A stretch of DNA of 64,000 bases, from contig JAAILG010000665.1 in assembly GCA_012026655.1 (NCBI GenBank), positions 1 through 64,000 on the forward strand, read 5' to 3'. This document shows positions 62,534 through 64,000 of this stretch, in pieces. A program made the translations under genes and the position numbers. Every line of letters begins with the position of its first letter. Position 1 is the first letter of the stretch. This DNA comes from Hydrolagus affinis (Eukaryota). Below the pieces are notes generated by a model, which ran no database searches, was not told the origin of the DNA, and was given only the letters and a program-made list of their open reading frames with translations.

Positions 62534-64000
62534 AGAAAAAGAATCTGTTTGGGCAAAGAGGCAGGAACAGAAATCAACTGAGAACAAGCCTGCTTTTGCT
62601 CTGTAATAGAAGCATCACAACACAAAAGCAGTTTCGTCAGCAAAGGGGAAGGAGCTTGCACTTGCACACTGTCTGTTCATGGCTTTCTCCCTATATTATT
62701 TTCTTTATGGTTACATCAGATTGCAACTGCAAGGCTTTAAGTGATTCATTAAAATGACCTTGTTTACAAGAAATGTTGGGGCAAAAGTACAGAACTTAAA
62801 AAAAACACGCGCAAGATCATGTTTATTGAGGGAGAGCTTGCAGCTTTATCACAATCGAGCCACATTCTGTAGTGTTTCAGATATGGCTTTTAAGAAATGC
62901 CTTTCACTACCACAGCTGCTCCACATCCTGTTGATTGTGCAGCTCTTATTTGCCTGATGCACATTGGGAAGGATGTTCCTGCTGCACAGTATTCATTCAG
63001 AGACAATTCTGCACAGTAATCGGAACCACTGCAGAAACTGGCTCTTGTATTAAAAGAAATCCCATCAGCTAGTCTGTATGGTACAGAAAGTATTAATTGT
63101 ACGTGCAATATGCTCTTATTTTTAACGTGATGCTCGTATCAAGTTCAGCTGCCTTCCTTTCACTTTATTTCCGTTACCTTCATTTTAAGCAGTGTATTTT
63201 AATTCTTCCCTCATTGATTTTCTCTTGAAGTTTTGAATTGGTTGGTTGTGAGTGCTTTGAAATGGTCAAATTGCTTTTGGTCATGTCTTTGTGACTTTTG
63301 TGAAGTTAAGTATTTGTACTAATGAGGGTCACAGCTCTGTGCTCGTTTTCCCAGGAACTGTTGTTTAAAGGTGAAACCGGTTCAGATTAAGTGTTTAAAA
63401 GGGCTGTTTTAAAAGATGAATTTTAGTGTAAGGTTGTTGGTTTGCATTTTTCTCTCAACACACTCCACTTTTTGTTTGCTTTACTTCTATTTCACAATAG
63501 GCTAACTTTAGGTCATACATTGTTAACTTTTATTCTTTTGACTTTATACACTGATAAGGGATGTAGCAAATAAATGTAGGCTCAGACATCTACTGTATTT
63601 ACTCTTGAAATTTTCACTGTTGCATGAATCATATACTGTATTCCCATGTAATGCTACAGGAACTTAAAACAAAATGGTACTTTTCTGTAGATAACAGCTC
63701 CTTATAAATACAATAGCGTTCAGGGAAGGAAACCATCCAAAGACTTAAGGTATAGTTATTGAAAATTTGATGGAATACAGATGTGAACATATTTGTACAG
63801 TGCATTCCAACGCTAAAATGTCTGGTACAGACAAAGGCAATAAGGTACTGTAATTCAAGTAGCATGTATAGATCAGTGGTACATACAATCAAGGTTATCA
63901 TAGTTTAGCCTGTTTTTAAATGGTCAGATCTAAATGTGGCTGAAAATGCTTGGCCTGATTCTTATTTAAAGATTATTATGTAACATGGGTCTTGCAGTAG
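62534..64000 (+). other. Probable 3' UTR; candidate polyadenylation hexamer AATAAA at 63569-63574
   Basis: Follows the stop codon, U-rich and free of recognisable repeats; the true 3' end cannot be determined. Confidence 0.5.

Overview
AT-rich vertebrate genomic DNA. The DeuSINE/SacSINE-like, L2, CR1/HER1-like and TA-flanked MITE content points to a cartilaginous fish, plausibly a holocephalan (inference). The whole window lies inside one + strand gene, myosin phosphatase targeting subunit 2 (PPP1R12B/MYPT2). I traced 23 GT-AG coding exons by hand, from canonical exon 2 (3310) to the stop codon (62533): 2730 nt, 909 codons plus stop, with all phases consistent. Exon 1, which carries the PP1-binding RVxF motif, lies upstream of the window. 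Four structures are missed by the ORF track. (1) An intronic alternative first exon at 43894-43995 encodes a smooth-muscle M20-type N-terminus, with paired MCAT sites upstream. (2) A decayed homologue of the MYPT2/HS-M21A alternative C-terminal exon at 54845-55000 keeps a strong acceptor and would give a leucine-zipper-less 'NFQ*' end. (3) A MYPT1-type central-insert cassette exon and MYPT1-type phosphosites are retained in this MYPT2. (4) Inverted L2/SINE pairs bracket weak exons. Comparisons with human MYPT1/MYPT2 use sequences recalled from memory and need confirmation by alignment. Repeat boundaries are approximate. Four N-gaps are present. No prokaryotic-type system, rRNA, true tRNA or CRISPR array was seen.
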